A stretch of 32,000 nucleotides of DNA from Pirellula staleyi DSM 6068. Its GTDB lineage: Bacteria; Planctomycetota; Planctomycetia; Pirellulales; Pirellulaceae. The DNA is taken from positions 2,220,001 through 2,252,000 of the forward strand of contig CP001848.1 in assembly GCA_000025185.1 (NCBI GenBank), in the 5' to 3' direction. The notes under the pieces were generated by a model that was not told the origin of the DNA, did no database searches, and saw nothing but the letters and a program-made list of their open reading frames with translations. How positions within the stretch are numbered: the stretch's first letter is position 1; each line of letters begins with the position of its first letter. A program made the translations under genes and the position numbers. Of the stretch, positions 1-8,661 are shown one piece after another.

Positions 1-1
1 T

Positions 2-247
2 GCTCCGTCGGTTGCCAGTAGTGCGCCACCTGCTGCCACAACACCAAGCGCACCTGGCGCCACTGCACCCGCTGCAAGTTCTGGCGCCTACGCGGTCGGT
101 ATGCCGATCGATATCGAGTGGGGCGGAAAATGGTGGCCCGGTAAAGTCTTGCGAGTCGATGGCGACAAGACCTACATTGCCTACGACGATCATAGTGACG
201 CTTGGAACGAGTGGGTTCCCCGCGATCGGATTCGGCCACGCCCTTAG
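2..247 (+). CDS. 3' end of a CDS entering from upstream of the window: Ala/Pro/Ser/Thr-rich linker followed by a C-terminal Tudor/Agenet/SH3-like beta-barrel motif
   Basis: Frame 2 is open from the window edge to TAG at 245-247; it is absent from the start-anchored ORF track. Translation ends ...SSGAYAVGMPIDIEWGGKWWPGKVLRVDGDKTYIAYDDHSDAWNEWVPRDRIRPRP*. The W-G-K-W-W...V...Y-I-A-Y-D...W-x-E-W-V pattern is Tudor/Agenet-like. The competing track ORF 12..260 has junk-like Arg/His/Leu/Pro composition. Confidence 0.6.
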   Translation, partial: APSVASSAPPAATTPSAPGATAPAASSGAYAVGMPIDIEWGGKWWPGKVLRVDGDKTYIAYDDHSDAWNEWVPRDRIRPRP

Positions 248-282
248 CGAGTCGTTTTGAAACGAGAAATGCAGGTCTCTCC

Positions 283-1200
283 ATGAGCATCATGAATGCC
301 CGCTTTTTCATGCTCACATGCTTAATCGCAGCAGCAGCGATCGTTGGCTGTGGAGCCAAAGGTTCGGGACCTTCAGCCGTTGCTGAACCGCCACTACCTT
401 CTGACCCCGAGGCGGTGGTGGTGCGCGACTTGCATCACGCGGGGCTGGCGATTCGGTTCTTCTTAGACCAAGAGCATCGTCCAGCGTTTCGGATGCAAGA
501 GCTGAAGGATCGCGTGGTCGCCGCTGGCAGCTCCGGCGCATTTCTCGATCGATTGCAAAACGCCGGTTACGAATTCAAATGGGGAATGCCGCTGGCACCG
601 ACATTCTCCGGGGCAGGATTTCCTGTCGCTGAATCGCGCCAGCATCGCGCAAAGTTGATGCTCAACGGCTCGATTCAAGATGCTTCGCCCCGAGCTATTG
701 CCCTCGCGCGCGGAGAGGCTGACCCAGCGTCTAGCACCAGTAACTCTGCACCTCCAGCGACGCCCATCACCTCACCCACACCAGACGCTTCCACTAGCAG
801 TTCCGGCGAACTGCGGATGAACAACCCTCCCGATCAGGGTGCAATTCAGGGTGCGGCTGCTCGGCACTTAGCCATCAGCGAGAGCATTGTCAAAGAGCTT
901 CGCGAAGTGCAAGACCTCGCATCGTTTGAGCGCGCCCAAACAAAAATCTCGGGCTTCAATGCCGAACTCGATTCGATTGCCCGAGACTACGCCGTCAATG
1001 GAATCACTTTTACATTGCGCGGCATTCCACCTGAAACTTGGGAGAAGATTCATCAGCTTGCCGCCCAAGAATTAGCCGAAGGGCAGCGACTAACTTCGCT
1101 TCCCGACGGCGCCGCGATCATGGGAAAGACCGTGGAAAGCTTGAATGCCAACGGACCCAGCGGTATCGGTCGCGTGAAGTGGAAAGTCATGCAAATGTAA
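283..1200 (+). CDS. hypothetical lipoprotein
   Basis: ATG at 283 gives MSIMNARFFMLTCLIAAAAIVGCGAKG, a signal peptide with lipobox I-V-G-C. A Ser/Thr/Pro-rich linker precedes the C-terminal domain. The longer track ORF from 202 would overlap the upstream gene. I recognise no family. Confidence 0.7.
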   Translation: MSIMNARFFMLTCLIAAAAIVGCGAKGSGPSAVAEPPLPSDPEAVVVRDLHHAGLAIRFFLDQEHRPAFRMQELKDRVVAAGSSGAFLDRLQNAGYEFKWGMPLAPTFSGAGFPVAESRQHRAKLMLNGSIQDASPRAIALARGEADPASSTSNSAPPATPITSPTPDASTSSSGELRMNNPPDQGAIQGAAARHLAISESIVKELREVQDLASFERAQTKISGFNAELDSIARDYAVNGITFTLRGIPPETWEKIHQLAAQELAEGQRLTSLPDGAAIMGKTVESLNANGPSGIGRVKWKVMQM

Positions 1201-1246
1201 GGTTCGATTATTCGATAACCTTTGGCATGTGTCCCACAATCGTGCT

Positions 1247-2161
1247 CTATTTTGGCTGTGGCAGCGCGTGCTGATTCGAGATCCCTTGGGTCTTCAGCTT
1301 GCGGCTATAAACCTTGTCGGCACACGTCACATACAGCGTGTCGAGTTTCTCTCCCGCGAAGGCAACGTTCGAGAGGAACTTCTTCTGTGGCTTCAGAAGA
1401 ATCCCCGCAAGCCTGGCCGAGGGATCGAACACTTGCAGCCCTTGGCTCGTGGCGACGAATAAACGTCCCGCCACATCCACCGTCATGCCGTCGGCTTGGC
1501 TCGGTGATTTCTGTGGACCAAGTTCCAGCGTGTAGTAGGGCTGCTTATGCTCGAGCTTGCCACCTTCGCCGATACGAAACGCCCACAAACTTCCGCCAGC
1601 GTTATCGCTCACCACCAACGTTTGTTCATCGGGCCACAAGATCACGCCGTTGGGTTTGGCAATCCCTTCGTCGACGATCTGCTTCTTCCCTTCGGGGCTG
1701 ATATGCCACACGCGGCTGTTTTTGTAGTCGGTGACGTAGATATCGCCCTTCCGTGAAACGACGAGATCGTTCACATCCAGATCGGTTGCGATGACGGTTG
1801 GTTTCGCCTCTTTATCGTAAGCGACCACCTGACGATTGGCACTTTGGCAAGCGTAAAGGCGGCCATCACTCCCAAACATCAGGCCACTCGCTTTACCCGA
1901 GTCGGTGACGAACTCGCTCACACTGCCGCTCTTGGTGTCGACCTTCAGAATCTTGGACGTGGGGACATCGACGAAGAATAGATTGCCAGCAGCATCGACT
2001 GCAGGACCTTCGGTGAACTGATAACCCTCGGCGACAAGCTTCCACTCTTCCCCCTCGATCAGAATTTGGGAGAGAGGCATGTCTTGCGCGAGCGAAGTGC
2101 TGGAGATAGCAGCGAGCAAAGTCGCGGCCATTGCAAACGCGAATGTCGAGGTACGAAGCAT
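1247..2161 (-). CDS. secreted SMP-30/gluconolactonase/LRE-like six-bladed beta-propeller protein
   Basis: An internal ATG (cat at 2159-2161) gives MLRTSTFAFAMAATLLAAISSTSLAQD, a signal peptide. The body contains YQFTEGPAVDAAGNLFFVDV, GDIYVTD, PNGVILWPDEQTLVVSD and ADGMTVDVAGRLFVA, typical of SGL-family propeller blades. The track extension to 2437 overlaps the upstream gene and is Arg-rich junk. Confidence 0.85.
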   Translation of the reverse strand: MLRTSTFAFAMAATLLAAISSTSLAQDMPLSQILIEGEEWKLVAEGYQFTEGPAVDAAGNLFFVDVPTSKILKVDTKSGSVSEFVTDSGKASGLMFGSDGRLYACQSANRQVVAYDKEAKPTVIATDLDVNDLVVSRKGDIYVTDYKNSRVWHISPEGKKQIVDEGIAKPNGVILWPDEQTLVVSDNAGGSLWAFRIGEGGKLEHKQPYYTLELGPQKSPSQADGMTVDVAGRLFVATSQGLQVFDPSARLAGILLKPQKKFLSNVAFAGEKLDTLYVTCADKVYSRKLKTQGISNQHALPQPK

Positions 2162-2216
2162 GGAGAGAATGCCTGGTCGATCAAGGGTTGTGAAGTCACG
2201 GAGAGAGAGCCGACGT

Positions 2217-4805
2217 TCAGTTGGCGGCTGGAACCGATGTTGCTGTGGTTTCCATCGGTGTCGCAGCCGTTGTTTCGGCAGGCTTCTCGGTGGAGGTTGT
2301 TGCCGCCGCTGGTTCAGGAGTCGAAGGCTTTTCAGGGACCGTTTTACCGAGCAAACGGCACGCCTCTTCGAGGACAAACTTGCCGTCCATGAAAGGCTCG
2401 AAACCGATGTCTTGCCAGCGTACATTTCCCGTTGCATCGATCACAAACGTGCCATGGAGCGGCTGGTTTTCGAAGTCATCGAAGCAGCGATACGCTTTGA
2501 ACGTTTCGTTCGTCGGATCGGAAACAAGCTTCACAGGAAGCGGCCCATCTTTGTAATTCTCAATCGAGATTTTAAGTCCTTCGGCATCGTCGCTGCTGAT
2601 GGCGAGTAGCTCGAAGCCAGCATCGTTGTACTGCTGTTTGAGCGCGGCGAAGGCGTGCAACTGCTCGGCACAATGCAAACAGCCGTGACCAAGGAAGAAG
2701 AGAAGCACCACAGGCTTGCCGGTATAGTCGCTCAGCGCGATTGGCTTCCCTTCTACATCTTTCAGGTTGAACGAGAGAGCCGCCGATGGCTGCCAGCGGA
2801 ATGGGCCAAGCGAATCGAGCGCGGGGCGGTTTCCGGTATCGTTTTTAGCAACAGCCGGAACTCGCCAATCGGCCTGAAATCCAAACTCTTGCGCGATCGG
2901 TTCAAGACGCTTCGCCACTGGTGATGCGAGATCGATGTTTGCCGCAATAGTCTGCAGCTTTTCAAGCTGCTTCTTGGCATCCTCTTTGCGATCTGATTTG
3001 TACAGTAGCTGGATGCTCGTCATGTACGGGAGAACTTCGTTCGTACGTGAATCAATTTGCGACTGAGCGGCTTTGATCGCTTCGTCACGTTTGCCACTTT
3101 CGAACTCGACGACAGCGAGCACCAGGGGATCGACATGCCCCGACTTCTTCAGCAGTTCGTGAGCCTTAGTTGCATCGCCAGCGGCCCAGCGCTCGTAACC
3201 TTCTACTTCATCCACAGCCTTGGTGAGGTTGTTGATTTTGGTGTCGAACGCTTTACCCGCTTGTTCCTTCGCCTTCTTGGTGTCCCCTTCGTTCTTCTTC
3301 TCGTCGACAGCTTTCTTTTCAGCGGCGGCGATCGCTTCGTCTTTGCTCTTCTTTTCTTTGTCGAGCTGCGCCCGCAGATCACTCAGGATTTGCAGCCCCT
3401 TTTCCGTCTTACCACTGCGGAATGCAGCCTGGCCGACGTGTCGCAAACGCTTCAGTTGTTCGCCATCATTTTTGGTAGGCTCGAGATATTGCGTCTCCGA
3501 GAGTGCGAGAAGTTCATCCCACATCTCGTACTTTGTAAGGACTTCGAAGAGTCGCTGACGACCAAAAAAAGAACTGCCGCGCGAAACACTGTTGTACTTC
3601 GGATGGCGTGGGAGCTCCGACATGTTCTTCGCCAAATCGAGTGCATCGCTCGTGCGGCCGATGAAAATCAGGTTGCGAATCAGCCACTCGTTGTTGTGGG
3701 CAAAGTTGTGAATCTGATCGGGCAAAACGCGATCGCGCATCATGTGCGCGTGATCGACGCGCGCCGATGCTTCTTGCTGAAACACAGCATCGTCGTAGCG
3801 TTTCAGTCGCGAGTAGATATGCCCTGGCATGTGCCACATGTGGGCAACTCCAGCCGAACTTTGTCCGCAGAGTGCCGCTGATGCGAGTGCGTTTTCAGCT
3901 CGCTCGTAGTCCCACAGGTGAATGCGGTAGTGATGAGCAGGGTGCATCGGCTGCGCTTTGAAGACTTGATCGAGCAGCGCGTCGATTGCCAGATGGCTTT
4001 GAATCGGAAGTCCCGAATCGCGATTCTTCCACAGCTGCAGCGCGAGTAACGCGCGAGCTTCGACATCTTCAGGGAACTTGTACAAAATCTTTTCAAGTGC
4101 GCGGGTGTATGCTTCGGCGCGCTCTTTCTTCTTACCGTTATCGGCTTTGAAATAGGCATCGAGTGCGTCGATGTACATCAGCTCGCGTTCGGTCAGTCCT
4201 TCTTTGTGCTTGACGCACTGCTCCATGAATTTTTTAGCGCGGCTGTTGTTGTCGACGTTTGCCATCGCCATACCCCAATAGGCCATCGCGCACTTGGGAT
4301 CGAGCGCGGCTGCTTGGCGAAACGAACGTTCCGCTTCGAAGTACCAAAAGCCGTGCACCTGCCCCAGTCCTTGTAGAAAGAACTTGTGAGCTTCGGGATT
4401 GGTGGTGGTGATGGGGAAAACGATCTCGGGCATCCCTGGCATCAAGTACGCTTTTTGACGCGGCCCTTCGTTGAACACTTCAGCGTGGAACGAGTGCCCC
4501 GCTTTCACGTCATCCGCCATTGGGTGCGCGGCGTCGTCTTTCTTTTCGTCCTCTTGTTTGGCTTCGTCGGGCTTCTTTTCTTCCGGCTTGACCTCTTCGG
4601 GTTTCGCGTTAGCAGGCTTGGCTTCTTCCGGTTTAGCTGGCTCAGGAGTGGCTTCTGCAGGGGCAGTTGCTTCAGCTGGCTTGGCCTCTTCCGGTTTGAC
4701 ATCGGCAGCAGAGGGAGCCTCTTGTGCGCTGGCGACGAGCGTCAACAAAGCGAGCGCGAGGAGAGCAGATGTTCGCGAGAGCAAGCGGAAGGCGAAGTGG
4801 CTCAT
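2217..4805 (-). CDS. secreted multidomain protein: signal peptide, KPEE/A-rich acidic-basic low-complexity region, His-rich TPR-like helical-repeat region, coiled-coil Lys/Glu segment, C-terminal thioredoxin-fold (AhpC/TSA/redoxin-like, CxxC) domain
   Basis: ATG (cat at 4803-4805) gives MSHFAFRLLSRTSALLALALLTLVASAQE, a signal peptide. The central region has GFWYFEAERSFRQAAALDPKCAMAYWGMAMA and HPAHHYRIHLWD...HMWHMPGHIYSRL. The C-terminal part, KPVVLLFFLGHGCLHCAEQLHAFAALKQQY...LLAISSDD...HGTFVIDATGNVRW, is a redoxin fold with C-L-H-C encoded at 2670-2681. Confidence 0.85.
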   Translation of the reverse strand: MSHFAFRLLSRTSALLALALLTLVASAQEAPSAADVKPEEAKPAEATAPAEATPEPAKPEEAKPANAKPEEVKPEEKKPDEAKQEDEKKDDAAHPMADDVKAGHSFHAEVFNEGPRQKAYLMPGMPEIVFPITTTNPEAHKFFLQGLGQVHGFWYFEAERSFRQAAALDPKCAMAYWGMAMANVDNNSRAKKFMEQCVKHKEGLTERELMYIDALDAYFKADNGKKKERAEAYTRALEKILYKFPEDVEARALLALQLWKNRDSGLPIQSHLAIDALLDQVFKAQPMHPAHHYRIHLWDYERAENALASAALCGQSSAGVAHMWHMPGHIYSRLKRYDDAVFQQEASARVDHAHMMRDRVLPDQIHNFAHNNEWLIRNLIFIGRTSDALDLAKNMSELPRHPKYNSVSRGSSFFGRQRLFEVLTKYEMWDELLALSETQYLEPTKNDGEQLKRLRHVGQAAFRSGKTEKGLQILSDLRAQLDKEKKSKDEAIAAAEKKAVDEKKNEGDTKKAKEQAGKAFDTKINNLTKAVDEVEGYERWAAGDATKAHELLKKSGHVDPLVLAVVEFESGKRDEAIKAAQSQIDSRTNEVLPYMTSIQLLYKSDRKEDAKKQLEKLQTIAANIDLASPVAKRLEPIAQEFGFQADWRVPAVAKNDTGNRPALDSLGPFRWQPSAALSFNLKDVEGKPIALSDYTGKPVVLLFFLGHGCLHCAEQLHAFAALKQQYNDAGFELLAISSDDAEGLKISIENYKDGPLPVKLVSDPTNETFKAYRCFDDFENQPLHGTFVIDATGNVRWQDIGFEPFMDGKFVLEEACRLLGKTVPEKPSTPEPAAATTSTEKPAETTAATPMETTATSVPAAN
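4505..4724 (-). repeat. degenerate in-frame tandem repeats encoding the KPEE(A/V)KPA-type low-complexity segment of the TPR/redoxin protein
   Basis: The + strand repeats variants of ggcttggc(t/c)tcttccggttt, for example near 4614-4640 and 4676-4702. The peptide reads VKPEEAKPAEA...AKPEEAKPANAKPEEVKPEEKKPDEAKQEDEKK. Confidence 0.55.
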
Positions 4806-5213
4806 AAAGCGTGACTCGAACTTACGTGCGCGGGTGGGAAGGGATCGGTCGAAACGCAAAAAGACTGTCGTGGTGGGAGGGACCGCATCGAGCCATTGTA
4901 GGCTCCTGCGCATCAGGTTCTCAAACATTTCCTCGCCCCTTCGCGGAAGTTCGCCACACAAAGTGACTTACACGCCCCATTTCTTCCCGAACCTCGGCAA
5001 ACTCACCTTGTCTGCGCAGGAAGACGTTGCGGGGCCTGCGAGGCGATGAGAATATCGATTAGTGGCTTATCCGCGTCCAAAAGTTTCTATCTGCCCTAGC
5101 TTTATGGGCGACTAAGGGGACTGGCTGAAAATCGCCAGGAAGAACAAACTGAGACACCGACCACGGACCCCCACGCGGGGGCGCTGAACGCCGCCAAGTA
5201 CGGAGATGAGATC

Positions 5214-6203
5214 ATGGCAGGAGCAACCCCCACGTGCACCGATCAAGTGCTGGACCACGCCCGGCGCGACATGCTGCTGCTGAAAGAAGGAATGACCGTC
5301 GGTCAGGTCCTGGAAACGATTCGCAAAAATGCCGACTCCAGCAGCATCGTCTACTTCTACGTGGTTGACGCTGAAGATCGACTCGTCGGTGTGATCCCCA
5401 CACGTCGACTCATCACCGCCGACCTCGAAAAACCGGTAAGCGAAGTGATGTACCACTCGGCCATTGCGATTCCACACGACGCCACCGTGCACGAAGCGGT
5501 GGAGTACTTTGTCCGGCATCGATTCCTAGCGCTGCCGATCATCGACGATGCGGGGAAGGTTGTCGGCGTCGTCGATGTCAGTCAGTTCACCGATGAAGTG
5601 TTCGAAGTCGCGCGGCGCGATCAAGCCGACGCGGTGTTCGAGGCGCTCGGCTTCCATCTTTCGAGCGTGAAAGATGCCTCGGCGCTCACCGCCTTTCGCT
5701 TTCGCTTTCCTTGGCTGCTTTGCACCGTCGGAAGTGGAACGATCTGTGCGCTACTTGCTGGCGTGTACGAAACAACGCTGCAAGCCAATCTAGTAATCGC
5801 GTTTTTCGTCGCACTCGTCCTGGGGCTTGGTGAAAGTGTCGCCATGCAGTCGATGACTGTGGCGATTCAAGTACTGCAAGCTGTCACGCCCACTTGGAGG
5901 TGGTACTTCGGTCGGCTGCTGCGCGAAGGTGCGACCGCTGCTCTGCTCGGACTCGGCTGCGGCGCGACAGTGGCCGTGATTGTGCTCGTTTGGCGACAAG
6001 ACGTGATGGCTGCCTCGGTGATTGGCGGCAGCATCGGAATCTCGCTGGTCCTGGCTTCGGTCGCAGGTCTCACGGTCCCCTGCATGCTGCATGCGCTGAA
6101 GCTCGATCCCAAAATCGCAGCGGGGCCGATGGCCCTCGCGCTCGCCGATTTTTCGACGACCCTGGTCTACTACAGCATCGCAGCTTCGGTACTCGGGCCG
6201 TAA
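5214..6203 (+). CDS. mgtE: MgtE-family magnesium transporter (CBS pair plus MgtE membrane domain), short form lacking the usual N-terminal domain
   Basis: Tandem CBS-like segments are present (VYFYVVDAEDRLVGVIPTRRLI; FLALPIIDDAGKVVGVVDVSQF). They are followed by five hydrophobic segments including GLGESVAMQSMTVAIQ and GPMALALADFSTTLVYY. The frame is open back to 5100 but has no ATG/GTG/TTG upstream of 5214. Confidence 0.8.
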   Translation: MAGATPTCTDQVLDHARRDMLLLKEGMTVGQVLETIRKNADSSSIVYFYVVDAEDRLVGVIPTRRLITADLEKPVSEVMYHSAIAIPHDATVHEAVEYFVRHRFLALPIIDDAGKVVGVVDVSQFTDEVFEVARRDQADAVFEALGFHLSSVKDASALTAFRFRFPWLLCTVGSGTICALLAGVYETTLQANLVIAFFVALVLGLGESVAMQSMTVAIQVLQAVTPTWRWYFGRLLREGATAALLGLGCGATVAVIVLVWRQDVMAASVIGGSIGISLVLASVAGLTVPCMLHALKLDPKIAAGPMALALADFSTTLVYYSIAASVLGP

Positions 6204-6219
6204 GCCTGGCAAGAGCGTT

Positions 6220-8661
6220 TTACAACTCGCCATCAGCGGCACGCTGAGCCTCTTCAATCACTTTGTCGGTGCTTGAGGGATCAACGCGCCGACAAGCTTC
6301 AGTCAGCTGCTCGGCGATTTCGTCGAGGTCGAGTTTCCACTGCTCGGCTGTCACCTCCGGGGGGTGAATCGTGCTGAGTTCTTTCAGCAGTAGAATCATC
6401 CGGAGCAAATGCCGAAACAGCACACCTTCCTGCTTTTGTAGTCCCCGACTAGTAACATATTTCTCGAAATTTCCAGCGAACTGGAGCACTTCTCCAGCGA
6501 CCCAGCAGGGCTGCGTGAAGAGCGAATGGACATCGTGATAGTCGGCGTCGAACTGTAGCCTTAGCTTGTCGGCGAGCGTCAGAACGCGCGGGCGAAGTTC
6601 AAACGGCAACGCCATGATCGCGTCGTACTCTTCGTCGGAAACTTCAGCACCGAGTTGATAGGGTGTCGCTAGTCCGCGCTGCAAAAGGGCGATGTTCAGC
6701 TTCTCGGTAGCGAGTGGTCCGGCAGGCATATCGCCCAAGGGTGGCACGCGGCAATGGCGCGCGACACTTCCGGGAAGTTCGAGCACACTTTCGAACGCTT
6801 GGATGCGCTCTTCGCGGCTGGCGATGCCAAGCTGATCGACGATGTAAACACCGTAGAGCGGGTTGATCGAGCGGAGCTTCGTGAGTCGCTCGAGCTGTGG
6901 CGTGGGGTGGGCGTGCTTGGCCTGATAGGGTGGCGGAAGATTAGGGTCGACTTCGTCTTCTTTTTTCTTCTTCGTCGCAGGCTGATTGGTCGCCACTTTC
7001 TTCACCGGAGCAGGGGCCGGCGCGCGACTGCCGAAGGTGAGCATCGTTGCTGCGGGTACTGCCGCACCAGCGTTTTCTGCTGGTTTCTCGCTAGTTTCTG
7101 GGGTTTCAGCAGCAATTGGTTTGCCACTCTTGTCGATCTTAGGCGATGGAGGATCGAGTGTGACGTAGCCCGCAGCTTCGAGGGTTCGAAGCATTCGGTC
7201 GAGTATTTTTTGTGCGCCGATTTGTTTGCCACTATCAAGCAGTCGCTTGCTCACCAAATGGCGAATGGGCTCGACGTCGCTCGATGCTTCGAGCAGGTAG
7301 GCCAAGAGTCGCCAAGGCAACTGACCTCGGCTCGAAAGCTTCAGTGGCGCTGCGGTTCGTAGCTGCTCGAACTGCGCTTGTCCCCAGTACTGCTCGGTGC
7401 TGCGGCGAATCGGTTTCTTGCGATTGAGTTCCTTGCGCGCGCGGATCAGATTCGGGTCTTTGGTATCCTCGGGAATCTTGTCCGCTTTCTCTTTCCATCG
7501 CAGGATTTTTACATCGTCTTCGTGAGCCAAAGAGAAGACGTGACCTTGCCTGTCGTATTGCGGGCGACCTGCACGACCGAAGATCTGATGCGCGCTGCTG
7601 GCGTCGATCAGCTTCTTATCGCCGGGCTTCCCTTTGAGCAGTGTCGGGAGCAGTACCGATCGCGCAGGAAGGTTGATGCCGGCAGCCAAAGTCTCGGTAC
7701 AAACGCAAACCGTTAGTAACTTCTTTTGAAAGAGTTCTTCAACCACTCGGCGATACTTTGGCAAGATTCCGGCATGATGCAGGCCGATTCCGCGCTGCAG
7801 AATGGCTTTGAGTTTGGGGCCGGCACCCTTCGACCAATCGTGCTGCGCGAGTTCGATTTCGAGAAGCTTCTTTTGCGCATCGCCGACAAGTGGTTTCCCC
7901 TTAAGCGTGTCGGCGACGTCCCAGCATTCATCGCGGTTAAAGCAAAACACGAGCGCCGGCGTGAAGCGGAGTTCTTCGGGACCTTCCGCCATCAGCTCGA
8001 GTTGCTCGGTCAGCAGCTGATCGCCGACCCAGTGGAACGTGAGAGGGACTTTGCGATCGAACGACTGCACAAGCTCGATCGCGCGGTCGTGCGAGTTCTT
8101 CAGCCACATACGGAATTCAAACGCGTTGCCGACGGTGGCCGACAGCAGCAGTAGTCGCACATGCGCGGGCAAAAGGCCGAGCGAGAGTTCCCAAACCATG
8201 CCACGCTCGGTGTCGGCGAAGCTGTGAAATTCGTCCATCACGACGGCGGAGACATCAGCAAAATCGAACGCCTCTTTGTGGAGCAGGCGGTTCAGGAGAA
8301 TCTCGGCCACCACCACCAAAATCTTCGCCTGCGGATTCACCCGTCGGTTGCCAGTCACCAGCCCCACGTCGTCGGCCGAGAATCCCCAGCGGACGGCAGA
8401 GGCTTGGACATCGGCAAACTTTTGCTCGGTGAGGGCGATCAGCGGAGTCGTGTAATAGGCCTGCTTGCCGGTGTGTAACGCTTCGAACAGAGCGGCTTCG
8501 GCGATGAGCGTTTTGCCGGTGCCGGTCGGCGCGGAAACGAGCACCCCCTGATCGCTCGTGAAGTAGGTGAGGATCGCTTCTTCCTGCACCGGATAGGGTG
8601 GGTAGGGGAGTGAGTCGAGATAGCGGCTGGCAATTTCATCGCGCGAGGGGATTTCGTTCAT
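6220..8661 (-). CDS. Ski2-like DEAD/DEAH-box superfamily 2 helicase with a long C-terminal extension (DUF3516-type architecture)
   Basis: Motif I is SAPTGTGKTLIAE, motif II VVMDEFHSF, motif III LLLSATVGN and motif VI QIFGRAGRPQYD. A C-terminal region of about 350 aa follows the helicase core. The TAA stop lies 16 nt from the convergent mgtE stop. Confidence 0.9.
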   Translation of the reverse strand: MNEIPSRDEIASRYLDSLPYPPYPVQEEAILTYFTSDQGVLVSAPTGTGKTLIAEAALFEALHTGKQAYYTTPLIALTEQKFADVQASAVRWGFSADDVGLVTGNRRVNPQAKILVVVAEILLNRLLHKEAFDFADVSAVVMDEFHSFADTERGMVWELSLGLLPAHVRLLLLSATVGNAFEFRMWLKNSHDRAIELVQSFDRKVPLTFHWVGDQLLTEQLELMAEGPEELRFTPALVFCFNRDECWDVADTLKGKPLVGDAQKKLLEIELAQHDWSKGAGPKLKAILQRGIGLHHAGILPKYRRVVEELFQKKLLTVCVCTETLAAGINLPARSVLLPTLLKGKPGDKKLIDASSAHQIFGRAGRPQYDRQGHVFSLAHEDDVKILRWKEKADKIPEDTKDPNLIRARKELNRKKPIRRSTEQYWGQAQFEQLRTAAPLKLSSRGQLPWRLLAYLLEASSDVEPIRHLVSKRLLDSGKQIGAQKILDRMLRTLEAAGYVTLDPPSPKIDKSGKPIAAETPETSEKPAENAGAAVPAATMLTFGSRAPAPAPVKKVATNQPATKKKKEDEVDPNLPPPYQAKHAHPTPQLERLTKLRSINPLYGVYIVDQLGIASREERIQAFESVLELPGSVARHCRVPPLGDMPAGPLATEKLNIALLQRGLATPYQLGAEVSDEEYDAIMALPFELRPRVLTLADKLRLQFDADYHDVHSLFTQPCWVAGEVLQFAGNFEKYVTSRGLQKQEGVLFRHLLRMILLLKELSTIHPPEVTAEQWKLDLDEIAEQLTEACRRVDPSSTDKVIEEAQRAADGEL

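Noticed and set aside
12-260. 82-aa track ORF at the window start
   Set aside because: A different frame (2..247) is open to the window edge and encodes a coherent linker plus a Tudor-like domain. The 12..260 product is Pro/His/Leu/Arg junk.
1199-1222. GGTTCGAT sequence resembling a tRNA T-loop, within an AT-rich hairpin (aaggtt-cga / tcg-aacctt) at the lipoprotein stop codon
   Set aside because: No acceptor, D or anticodon arms can be built from the flanking sequence, which is coding. As a terminator it is weak: the stem is interrupted and no T-tract follows on either strand.
1247-2437. Long N-terminal extensions offered by the ORF track (1247..2437, 2217..4961, 11624..12826, 22653..23432, 24948..25682, 25598..26434, 19770..20582, 8815..9255, 16655..17929, 9701..11545)
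   Set aside because: In each case an internal ATG gives a canonical N-terminus: a signal peptide, or a family-typical start. The extension overlaps the neighbouring gene or has junk composition, so I trimmed to the internal starts.
3057-3881. 274-aa ORF on the plus strand (and neighbours 3220..3558, 4386..4814, 4471..5049)
   Set aside because: These are antisense shadow ORFs of the TPR/redoxin gene. Their low-complexity Phe/Leu/Ser/Arg composition mirrors the Lys/Glu-rich sense strand.
5050-5213. Possible M-box magnesium riboswitch upstream of mgtE
   Set aside because: I could find only short, isolated hairpins and none of the extended multi-helix conservation I associate with the M-box. 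It is left as a cmscan check rather than a call.
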